Assembly (NCBI RefSeq): GCF_001457615.1
Contig: NZ_LN831024.1
Location: 2,700,001 to 2,732,000 of the forward strand
Direction: 5' to 3'
Origin: Pseudomonas aeruginosa
GTDB lineage: Bacteria > Pseudomonadota > Gammaproteobacteria > Pseudomonadales > Pseudomonadaceae
DNA length: 32,000 bases
Of the stretch, positions 17,321 through 25,351 are shown in pieces. Position 1 is the stretch's first letter. Every line of letters starts with the position of its first letter. The position numbers were made by a program, and so were the translations under genes. The notes under the pieces were generated by a model. That model was not told the origin of the DNA. It saw nothing but the letters and a program-made list of their open reading frames with translations, and did not search any database.

Positions 17321-19984
17321 CTACTCACACTGTTTGGGTGCATCTTCCGAGGGTGGGTCATATGGAGAACACAGCATATAACATGCCGTGCTGCTTACTG
17401 CGGCCCTACAAGCCGCACCAGCAGGCGTTAGCGGACCCCCAAGAATGCCGCATGGGACGCTAGTTGCTCTGCAAATCATCCGGCAATTGGATGGAATTCT
17501 GGTGTCACGTCCATCCCCATTCCTCATTACGCACTCTGCAGTCAGGCACTTTGCAGCAGGGTTAGGTGGTGGTGGATTCAGAATGCAACGTGTTTTTAGT
17601 CCATTATATCTGTCCCAATAAACCTCCATGTGACTACCCACGCCACAAAGCCCGTTGGGGTCAAAGTAATTTATTGGATTTCCAGTTACATACCCGAATG
17701 TATTAAGTCCTCCTGCCAACCCAATCGGATCACTCTCCACATACCGCCCAGTCTCCGGATCATAGTCGCGGAAGTAGTTGTAGTGCAGCCCGCTCTCCGC
17801 ATCGTAGTACTGCCCGGGGAAGCGCAGGTTGACCTGGGTGCTGCCCTGGCTCAGCGCTTCGCCGCGGCCGAAGGCGTCGGACTGCCACTGCCAGGCGATC
17901 TGGCCGCTGGCATCGGTGGCCAGGCGCGGGGTGTCGAGGTGGTCGCCATGGAGGTAGAGCAGGGTCGGGTTGCCGACCTTGCCCTGGGCGTCGTAGTCGG
18001 CGTCGATGGTGGCCAGCGGCAGGCTGTCCAGCCACAGGTAGTACTGGGCTCGCAGTTTCCGGCCGCTGCCGTCGTGTTCGGCTTCGCTGAGCAATTGGCC
18101 GTCGGGGCCGTAGAGGTAGGTGGTGATGCTTTCGGGGGTGAGCTTGACGATGCGCTGGCCGAGGGCGTTGTAGCGGTATTCGGCGACCTGCTGGCCGTCG
18201 AGGCTGACGCTTTGCAGGCGGCCCTGGGCGTCGTAGGCCAGTTTGCGTGCGGGGCGGTCCTGGGTGAGGTTGCCGGCGGCGTCGCTGGTCACCACTTGCG
18301 TGCCGATGGCGGTCAATCGGTTGCTGTCGGGCGCGTACTGGTAGTCCTGGCTGCTGGCGGTGCCGCCTGAGGCGGGGTTGTCGCTGCGTTGGGTGCGGTT
18401 GCCGACCGCGTCGTAGGCGTAGCTGCGCCCGCCCTGGACGCCGCGTTCCTCGGTCAGGCGGTCCAGCGGGTCGTACTGGTAGTCCAGGGTGCCCCAGAGG
18501 CTGTGGCGGTGCTGCTGGATATTGCCATTGGCATCGTGCTGGTAGTCGCTCTGCCAGGGGCCGACCTTCTGCCGCAGCAGTTGGTAGTCCTGGTCGTACT
18601 CGCGGCTGAGAGTGATGCCGTTGCCCCAGGTCAGGCGCTGCAGCGGGCCGAAGGGCAGGTAGGCGATCTGCCCGACCAGGGTGCTCGGCGCCTTGTCGCC
18701 TACTGCCAGGGTCACGCTGGCGACCTGGCCGCCGGCGTTGCGCGGGTAGCCGATGGCGAGGCCGGAGGGGTAGCCGATCTCCAGCAGTTGGTTGGCCGCG
18801 TCGTAGCGGTAGGTCACGCGGTCGAGCAGGGTCTGCTGGTCGAGGCGGATGCTGCGTACCTGCTCGACCAGGTTGCCGCGCTCGTCGTAGCGGTACACCA
18901 GGCTGTCGCGGGCACCTTCGATGGCGCCCAGGCGGCCGATGCCTTTGTTGCCGTCGGCGGTGAGGTCGTAGCGGTACTGTACGTCGAGGCTCGGGTCGCT
19001 CGGCGAGTGGCGCTCGATCAGGCGATTGAGGGCGTCGTAGCGATACTCGGTGACCGCACCGCGAGCGTCGGTACGGCGGATGACGTTGCCGGCGGCGTCG
19101 TGCTCGAAGGTGGTGGTGCCGCTGTCCGGGCTGACCAGTCGGGTCAGGTTGCCGAGGCCGTCGTATTCGTAGCGGGTGGTGACGCCGCGCGGGTCCTTGA
19201 CCTCGGTGAGGTTGTCCTGGGCGTCGTAGGCGAGTCGGGTCTTGCCGCCGAGGGGATCGCTCTGGCCGACCAGCCGGTCGAGGGCATCGAAGGCCTGGCT
19301 GTGGGCGAACTGGCGCGGGTTGGTTTCGCCGACCGGATTGTCGTTGAGGTCGTAGGCGAAGCTGCGTGTCTGGCCGCCGGCGCCGACCGCGCGGAGCAGC
19401 CGGCCAAGCTCGTCGTAGGCCCATTGCTGCTGGCGCACCAGGCTGCCGCTGGCGTCCTTGATGCGCTGGGCGGTGCGATTGCCCTTGGTGTCGACGTCGT
19501 ATTCGAGGCGTTCGCCGAGGTTGTTGCCGATCGCCACCAGGCGCCGTGCGTCGTCGTATTCGTAGCTCAGCCAACTGCCGTCGCCACGGGTGACGCGGGT
19601 GATCTGGCCGACCGCGTCGTAGTCGAAGCGGGTGGTGCTGCCGGCGGTGCTGACGGAGGCCAGCCAGCCGTCGACGCCGGTGTAGGCGAGGCTGCTGGTG
19701 ACGCCGTTGGCATCGGTGATGCTGCCGGGCTTGCCGCGCTCGTCATAGTCGCCGAGGCGGGTGACCTGGCCGAGGGCGTTGGTCACCTGGGTCAGGTTGC
19801 CGCGACTGTCGTAGGCATAGAGGGTGACGTCCTGCACATCGGTGCGCGGACCGTCGGCGCGCTCGATCAGGCCGAGGGCGTTGTAGCTGTAGCTCCAGGC
19901 GCGCTCGGCCGCCTGCGCGGGCAGGGCGAGGGCGAGGGCCAGGGCGAGGGCGCCGAGACGGGGGAAGTATGGGGGGATGCGCAT
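17321..19984 (-). CDS. RHS/YD-repeat protein, second part, with RHS-associated core and cysteine-rich variable C-terminal domain
   Basis: Signal peptide MRIPPYFPRLGALALALALALPAQA; many YDaxGxLxxxxxxxG repeats; core RFPGQYYDAESGLHYNYFRDYDPETGRYVESDPIGLAGGLNTFGYVTGNPINYFDPNGL; divergent tail follows. Confidence 0.92.
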   Translation of the reverse strand: MRIPPYFPRLGALALALALALPAQAAERAWSYSYNALGLIERADGPRTDVQDVTLYAYDSRGNLTQVTNALGQVTRLGDYDERGKPGSITDANGVTSSLAYTGVDGWLASVSTAGSTTRFDYDAVGQITRVTRGDGSWLSYEYDDARRLVAIGNNLGERLEYDVDTKGNRTAQRIKDASGSLVRQQQWAYDELGRLLRAVGAGGQTRSFAYDLNDNPVGETNPRQFAHSQAFDALDRLVGQSDPLGGKTRLAYDAQDNLTEVKDPRGVTTRYEYDGLGNLTRLVSPDSGTTTFEHDAAGNVIRRTDARGAVTEYRYDALNRLIERHSPSDPSLDVQYRYDLTADGNKGIGRLGAIEGARDSLVYRYDERGNLVEQVRSIRLDQQTLLDRVTYRYDAANQLLEIGYPSGLAIGYPRNAGGQVASVTLAVGDKAPSTLVGQIAYLPFGPLQRLTWGNGITLSREYDQDYQLLRQKVGPWQSDYQHDANGNIQQHRHSLWGTLDYQYDPLDRLTEERGVQGGRSYAYDAVGNRTQRSDNPASGGTASSQDYQYAPDSNRLTAIGTQVVTSDAAGNLTQDRPARKLAYDAQGRLQSVSLDGQQVAEYRYNALGQRIVKLTPESITTYLYGPDGQLLSEAEHDGSGRKLRAQYYLWLDSLPLATIDADYDAQGKVGNPTLLYLHGDHLDTPRLATDASGQIAWQWQSDAFGRGEALSQGSTQVNLRFPGQYYDAESGLHYNYFRDYDPETGRYVESDPIGLAGGLNTFGYVTGNPINYFDPNGLCGVGSHMEVYWDRYNGLKTRCILNPPPPNPAAKCLTAECVMRNGDGRDTRIPSNCRMICRATSVPCGILGGPLTPAGAACRAAVSSTACYMLCSPYDPPSEDAPKQCE

Positions 19985-19998
19985 GGGGGTCGTCCTTG

Positions 19999-21540
19999 TC
20001 AGCGGGTGGTGACGGTCTCGCCGGTCTTGCGTCCCTCGGCGTCGTACTGGTAGCGGGTGATCCGGCCGGGCTCGCTGACCTGCACCGGGAGGAACAGGGT
20101 CGGGTGCCAGTCGGTTGTGATGGTGCGCGCTTGTGCAGTGCCGGCGGCCTCGGTGCGCGAGGTCTCCAGGCCACGGGCGCTGTACTGGTAGGTGGTCAGG
20201 TTGCCGTTGTTGTCGCGTTTGCTGGTGAGCAGTCCGCGTTCGTCATAGGTGAAGGTGGAATTGCTGCTGGGGCAGTTGGGAGAGGGTTCGCCTTCGATGG
20301 CGACGATGCGCTTGATGCCCTGGATCACCTGGAAGCGGTAGGTGGCCTGCTTGCCGTATTCGTTGGTGACGGTGGTGGAGCCGTCATCGTTGTAGGCGAG
20401 GGAGACCTTTTCGGCGCCGTTGGCGTGTTCGCTGGAGATGGCGCGGCCTTGGTTGTCGTAGGCCCAGGTGGCGAACCGGCGATTATTGTTATCCTGGATG
20501 CCTGTAAGTAGTTTTATGTTCCTCGGGTCGTCATAGAGGTACTGTGTTTTCGTGCTGTATTGCCCATCTGTTCGTGTTACCGAAGTGAGTCGCTGTTCCT
20601 TGTCGTATGTGTACTCAATGGATATACCCCCTGTCTGAGCGCGAAGGAGTTGATGGTTGGTTCCCTCCGAGAGAACGAGCTTGTTGCCATGCTCGTCGCT
20701 AATCGTAAGATTAGCGCCTCGCTCTACACGATACTTGCGACCTTCCTTGGTGGTGAGTTTAGTGAGTATTCCATTCTGGTCGAACTCCATCACTTCGTTG
20801 AGTTCGGAGGTGTAGCTAAACTTTCCTGGTAACCGGCTAAGCCTGCCCAGATCTGTGATGGAGGTTAGATCTTTTCCCGATCCCGTGAACTCCGAGGCTT
20901 TTCCGTTTTCGCGGTAGAGTAGGAAGCCATCACCCTTGCGTGTTATACGCGCAGAATACGAATGTCGCCACAAGCCGTCCAGGCCGTTGTAGTAACGGGT
21001 CAACGGGATCGGAATACTTAAGTCGTGTTCAACTTGGTATTTGTTGCCATTGGTGATATTAACCGGATTTCCTGCACAGCCCTCTGGTGGAGGCGGTCCC
21101 TTTTCGAGGCCGTTTTTATCTGGAAGCTTACAACCAGAGTCATCCATTTCGTGACCAGGACGGCAATCGCATTCCCCCGTTTGCTGATTGTACTCAGCCC
21201 CCAGGGGGCACGATGAACCTTCACGAATCAAACGCCAATTAGGGCAATCACCATCACAGTGGCGAACATCGCTAGGCTTTTCGCGGTAATGATACGTGAC
21301 ACGGCAATATCCCATAAACACGTCTCCCGAAGGGCTCACAACCGGCACGGCCTCGGTAAATGCCCAGCTACTTTCGGTGCGATCAGCAACCTGTCGAGCT
21401 TTCTCACAGGATTCAGAGGGCGAGCGTGAGGTACTGCTTGAGTAGAAGGTAACTCGCCATCTATAGATGTCCTCGCCAAAGCACATCTCTGTTGCAAGCA
21501 GGGATGCAAATAAAATAAGTAACAGGTGTGGTTTCTTCAC
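19999..21540 (-). CDS. RHS/YD-repeat protein, first part (DUF6531-like region) with signal peptide and cysteine-containing leader
   Basis: MKKPHLLLILFASLLATEMCFG signal; CAGNPVNITNGNKYQVEHDLSIPIPLTRYYNG; YD repeats to a TGA 14 nt before the downstream start. Confidence 0.88.
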   Translation of the reverse strand: MKKPHLLLILFASLLATEMCFGEDIYRWRVTFYSSSTSRSPSESCEKARQVADRTESSWAFTEAVPVVSPSGDVFMGYCRVTYHYREKPSDVRHCDGDCPNWRLIREGSSCPLGAEYNQQTGECDCRPGHEMDDSGCKLPDKNGLEKGPPPPEGCAGNPVNITNGNKYQVEHDLSIPIPLTRYYNGLDGLWRHSYSARITRKGDGFLLYRENGKASEFTGSGKDLTSITDLGRLSRLPGKFSYTSELNEVMEFDQNGILTKLTTKEGRKYRVERGANLTISDEHGNKLVLSEGTNHQLLRAQTGGISIEYTYDKEQRLTSVTRTDGQYSTKTQYLYDDPRNIKLLTGIQDNNNRRFATWAYDNQGRAISSEHANGAEKVSLAYNDDGSTTVTNEYGKQATYRFQVIQGIKRIVAIEGEPSPNCPSSNSTFTYDERGLLTSKRDNNGNLTTYQYSARGLETSRTEAAGTAQARTITTDWHPTLFLPVQVSEPGRITRYQYDAEGRKTGETVTTR

Positions 21541-21759
21541 CTAGGTCTCCTGGAGTAAATTCGATTAAAGATATCTAGGTTGGGGAAGTATGAAAGTGTG
21601 TAATTCATAGGGGCTAGCGTACTCTGCTCTATGGAGTCGTGACGCTCTGTTAGAACTCTGAATGAGCGTATTCGAATGATCTGATGATCACCTGAAAAGA
21701 ACTTCCTTTTTATCTGCTCACCAGCTTATAGTCCGCAATGAGACTCGATCCTCGGTGCG

Positions 21760-22299
21760 CTACTTGCTACCCCCTAACCCATAGACCAGATGAACATCCT
21801 CCGGCTCCAACCGATACAACTCCTCATCCGGTTCCATGCACAGCCGGCATCCGAGTCTCATATAGAAATCCACCGTGTTCTGCGACGGCGTAGCCGAAAC
21901 GTAGAGCGCGCTGGCGCCGAGGTGGCGGGCCTGGGTGGCGGCGAGGTGGAAGAGGTGGGCGCCGAGGCCGCGGCGGCGGTAGGCGTGGCTGAGGTGGAGG
22001 AACTTCAGTTGCAGCCAGTCGCGCTCGGGGCCGAGGCGGCGTGGGTCGAGGACTACCGCGCCGATCAGGCGGCCCTGGTCGAACAGGCCGAGGAACCAGC
22101 CGCCGCGGTCGAAGCAGTCGAGCAGGATCGGCGTGTAATGCTCGGCCTCGCCCTCCGGCCAGCCGCGCATGTCGTAGAACTCGGGGCGCAGCACCAGTTG
22201 GCCGGCCTCGACGGAATACAGGTGTTCGATCACTTCGCTGCGGTCGATCTCCCAGACCAGGGGGATTTCGTCGCGGCGCAGCAGGCGTTCTTCGGTCAT
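21760..22299 (-). CDS. GNAT family N-acetyltransferase
   Basis: LKFLHLSHAYRRRGLGAHLFHLAATQARHLGASALYVSATPSQNTVDFYMRLGCRL: motif A/B of GNAT. Confidence 0.87.
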   Translation of the reverse strand: MTEERLLRRDEIPLVWEIDRSEVIEHLYSVEAGQLVLRPEFYDMRGWPEGEAEHYTPILLDCFDRGGWFLGLFDQGRLIGAVVLDPRRLGPERDWLQLKFLHLSHAYRRRGLGAHLFHLAATQARHLGASALYVSATPSQNTVDFYMRLGCRLCMEPDEELYRLEPEDVHLVYGLGGSK

Positions 22300-23147
22300 C
22301 GTGGTTTCCTTGCGCTGAGGCCGTACATCAGCGGCAGGCGCGGACGATCGGCGGGCGGCAGCATGCGTCCGCCGCCGCCGTCGCGCATGCCGTCGAAGCC
22401 GGCCCAGCCGTTGGCGTAGGGGTATTCCTCCAGCCGTTCGAGTTGCAGGCCGGCGCCGAGCAGGGCGCCGATCACATCGGCCAGGCCCCACTGGAACTCG
22501 TAGCTGGGATGAGGGTTGCTGAAGTTCTCGACGCCGGCGCGGTAGCCGGAGGGCGCCAGGCTGGCGCCGGACTCGGCGACGTAGTCGCTGACGCCGCTCT
22601 CGGCGATCGGCTCGCGGCTGAAGTAGTCGTAGGCCGGTTGCCAGTGTGGGTCGAAGTACAGGGCGAAAGGATGGAACTCCACCAGGACGAAGCGCCCGCC
22701 GGGAACCAGTACCTGGGCGATGCCGTCGGCCCAGCGCTTGAGGTCGGAGAGCCAGACCAGCGTGCCGTAGGAGGCGAAGACCCGTTCGAAGCGTTCGCCA
22801 CGGGTGGCGGCGACGGGCAGCCAGCGGAGGATGTCGTCGCGCTGGAAGTCGGCGGCGATGCCGCTGTCGCGGGACAGCTGGCGGGCGAAGTCGATGGCGC
22901 TGTCGGCGATGTCGACCCCGGTGACGCGGGCGCCAAGGCGCGCCAGGCTCAGGCTGTCCTGTCCGGCGTTGCATTGCAGATGCAGCAGGCGCAGGCCGTC
23001 GAGATGGCCGAGCAGTTGCAGTTCCTCGGGATAGAGCGTGGAACCGCCGTTGCGGAAGAAGGCGGCCTGGTCGGCCTTGTGGCTGTTGTGCGCCCGGGTG
23101 GCGGCGTTCCACGACAGCCGGTTGGCCTCGTGCAGGTCGGATCGCAT
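22296..23147 (-). CDS. Class I SAM-dependent methyltransferase
   Basis: LRLLHLQCNAGQDSLSLARLGARVTGVDIADSAIDFARQLS..FERVFASYGTLVWLSDLKRWADGIAQVLVPGGRFVLVEFHP; overlaps the GNAT start. Confidence 0.87.
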   Translation of the reverse strand: MRSDLHEANRLSWNAATRAHNSHKADQAAFFRNGGSTLYPEELQLLGHLDGLRLLHLQCNAGQDSLSLARLGARVTGVDIADSAIDFARQLSRDSGIAADFQRDDILRWLPVAATRGERFERVFASYGTLVWLSDLKRWADGIAQVLVPGGRFVLVEFHPFALYFDPHWQPAYDYFSREPIAESGVSDYVAESGASLAPSGYRAGVENFSNPHPSYEFQWGLADVIGALLGAGLQLERLEEYPYANGWAGFDGMRDGGGGRMLPPADRPRLPLMYGLSARKPR

Positions 23148-23200
23148 GGTTCGACTCCTTCCCTGGAGTGCGCCACCGCGCGGATGGCGGGTCCGGGGGA

Positions 23201-23422
23201 TTACATGTCCTTGATGCTGCGCACCTGGTCCTTGTTGACGCGGGTGCGCTTGCCGTCCAGTTGCTCCAGTTCGTAGAAGCCGGAACTACGATCATAGCGC
23301 GGGGTATCCACCGCCTGGATCTCGCGGCCATCGTTGAGGGTGACGATGGTCGGGGTGGAGCAGCCGGCCAGGACGGCGAATGCGGACGAGAGCAACAGGG
23401 CGGGCAGCAGACGGGAGGTCAT
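23201..23422 (-). CDS. Small lipoprotein, YgdI/YgdR family-like
   Basis: Lipobox FAVLAGC; TPTIVTLNDGREIQAVDTPRYDRSSGFYELEQLDGKRTRVNKDQVRSI. Confidence 0.87.
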   Translation of the reverse strand: MTSRLLPALLLSSAFAVLAGCSTPTIVTLNDGREIQAVDTPRYDRSSGFYELEQLDGKRTRVNKDQVRSIKDM

Positions 23423-23578
23423 CGGAATTTTCCTTCGGACGGTTTTCGAGGCGGCGGATTCTACTCCAGTCGCGGCGCAACCGCTCTAGCCTGGATCACA
23501 GCGGCAAATTTCCGCTGTGATCGTACGTCTCTTCCGGTGAGCCGCCCGGATGGCGGCGCCTATTCGAAGGGAGATTCC

Positions 23579-25159
23579 ATGTCTGCCGTTTCCACCTCGT
23601 TGTTGCTTTTCCTCAACCTGCTGACCCCGGCCCAGGCCGCCCAGCCCGTGCCGCTGGCCGATGGCCGCATCGAGATCGCTGCCGGCGAGAGCCGCCAGCG
23701 CTACCTCGACCTTGCCCCCGGCGAGTTGCAGTTGCTCGACCTGGAGGTCGACCGCGGCCGCGTCCGCCTGCGCGCCACCACGCCCGACGGCAAGGCGTTG
23801 CGCGCGACGGAGCTGGCCGGACGCCAGTCGCTCGGCCTGCAGGCCGGCGAGCGCCAGGGCCTGCGCCTGACCTTCAGCGCCGACGAAGACACCGCACTGA
23901 CCCTGATCCCCACCCAGCGCCTCACCCCGCAGACCCCGGCGCTTGATTCGCCGGCGCCGCAGAGCCCGACCCTGCAACGCCTGCAGGCGGAGCTTGCGGA
24001 AAAGCGCCCCGGCGCGCTGAAGGCGTTCTGGAAGCAGGTGGCGAAGCAGGGCACGCCGCTGGTGGAGCCGCTGGATGCCGAACGTGTGCTGGTCACCTTC
24101 CTCTGGCGCCAGCAGCGTCCCGGCGACGTGCGCCTGCTGTGGCCGACCCCGGAGGTCAACACCCGCCGCTTCGAGGCCCTGGCCGGCAGCGACGTGCGCT
24201 ACCTGAGCCTGCCGCTGCGCCGCGACGCGCGGGTTTCCTACCAGCTCAGCGCCGACCTGCCGGACCTGCAACAGGCCGATCGCGGCACCTTGCGCCTGGC
24301 GTTGCAGGCGGCGGCGCGGCCGGACCCGCTGAGCCGTACGCCGTGGCTCAACAGCCGCGCGCTGCCGCGGGCCGAGCAGGCCTCGCTGGTGCAGCTCGGC
24401 GGCGCCCCTGCCGAGACCTGGGACCAGCCGCGCAAGGACGTGCCGCGCGGCAAGGTGGAGCGCCTCGGCTATAGCAGCCAGGCCCTGGCCAACCAGCGCC
24501 AGCTGACGCTCTACACGCCGCCGGGCTACGACCCAGAGGGCCAGCGCTATCCGCTGCTGGTGCTGTTCGACGAGGACCACTACGCGCGCGACGTACCGAC
24601 CCCGACCATCCTCGACAACCTGATCGCCGCCGGGCGTATCCGCCCGACCCTGGCGGTGATTGTCGGCAATGTCGACGCCAGCAGCCGGGGCCGCGAGCTG
24701 CCCTGCAACGAGGCCTTCGCCGACATGCTCGCCCACGAGTTGCTGCCCTGGTTGCAGCAGCGCTATGCATTGAGCGAGGAGCCTGCCGATCGCGTGCTTT
24801 CCGGTTCCAGCTACGGCGGGCTGGCCTCGGGCTGCATCGCCTACCGTTATCCGGAACGCTTCGGCAAGGTGCTGAGCCTGTCCGGCTCGTTCTGGTGGGG
24901 GCCGGACGAGCAGCAGCCTCAGTGGCTGGTACGGCAGTTCGCCGCTGGCGAGCGTTTGCCGCTGGCGTTCTTCCTCAGTTCCGGCCTGCTCGAGGAGCCC
25001 GAGGCGGACGGCATTCTCGGCAGCAACCGCAGCCTGCGCGCGGCGCTGCAAGGCAAGGGCTACCCGCTGCACTACCGTGAGTTCCCCGGCGGTCACGACT
25101 ACGCGGCGTGGAGCCTGGAGCTTGCCGAAGGGTTGCAGGCCTTGTTGCCGACGCATTGA
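23579..25159 (+). CDS. Secreted enterochelin esterase-like alpha/beta hydrolase
   Basis: Signal peptide; LTLYTPPGYDPEGQRYPLLVLFDEDHYARDVPTPTILDNLIAAG, RVLSGSSYGGLASGCIAYRYPERFGKVLSLSGSFWW, GGHDYAAW: Fes/esterase-D fold. Confidence 0.85.
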   Translation: MSAVSTSLLLFLNLLTPAQAAQPVPLADGRIEIAAGESRQRYLDLAPGELQLLDLEVDRGRVRLRATTPDGKALRATELAGRQSLGLQAGERQGLRLTFSADEDTALTLIPTQRLTPQTPALDSPAPQSPTLQRLQAELAEKRPGALKAFWKQVAKQGTPLVEPLDAERVLVTFLWRQQRPGDVRLLWPTPEVNTRRFEALAGSDVRYLSLPLRRDARVSYQLSADLPDLQQADRGTLRLALQAAARPDPLSRTPWLNSRALPRAEQASLVQLGGAPAETWDQPRKDVPRGKVERLGYSSQALANQRQLTLYTPPGYDPEGQRYPLLVLFDEDHYARDVPTPTILDNLIAAGRIRPTLAVIVGNVDASSRGRELPCNEAFADMLAHELLPWLQQRYALSEEPADRVLSGSSYGGLASGCIAYRYPERFGKVLSLSGSFWWGPDEQQPQWLVRQFAAGERLPLAFFLSSGLLEEPEADGILGSNRSLRAALQGKGYPLHYREFPGGHDYAAWSLELAEGLQALLPTH

Positions 25160-25177
25160 GCCGGCTGGCTGGCGTGG

Positions 25178-25205
25178 GGCGGATAGCCGCTTGCGGTTAT
25201 CCGCC
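25178..25205. repeat. REP-like imperfect palindrome
   Basis: GGCGGATAGCCGCTTGCGGTTATCCGCC; same GGCGGATA/TATCCGCC core as the repeat at 15294-15375. Confidence 0.7.
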
Positions 25206-25351
25206 GTGCCGCGGCCTGGAGATGGGGAAGGCTGTCCGGAGCGTATTCGCAATGCCCACCGCGTTGCGGAATCGGAAAAAATCGTCCAGGGCCATTTGCC
25301 AGCGTCGGCGGATAGGGGACAATCGGCGTTCGCCTCAATCGAACGACAAGG

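Noticed and set aside
17388-17621. 77-aa plus-strand ORF antisense to the Rhs C-terminal tail
   Set aside because: No domain or clear start context; it exactly opposes the cysteine-rich coding tail, so antisense toxin control was considered but has no support.
18389-20053. 554-aa plus-strand ORF antisense to the Rhs core
   Set aside because: Composition artefact from the GC-rich YD repeats; val/ala/gly-rich with no family signature.
17690-20500. Repeated motifs in the Rhs core as a CRISPR or tandem DNA repeat
   Set aside because: Periodicity is at protein level (degenerate YD repeats) with no conserved DNA repeat and spacer structure.
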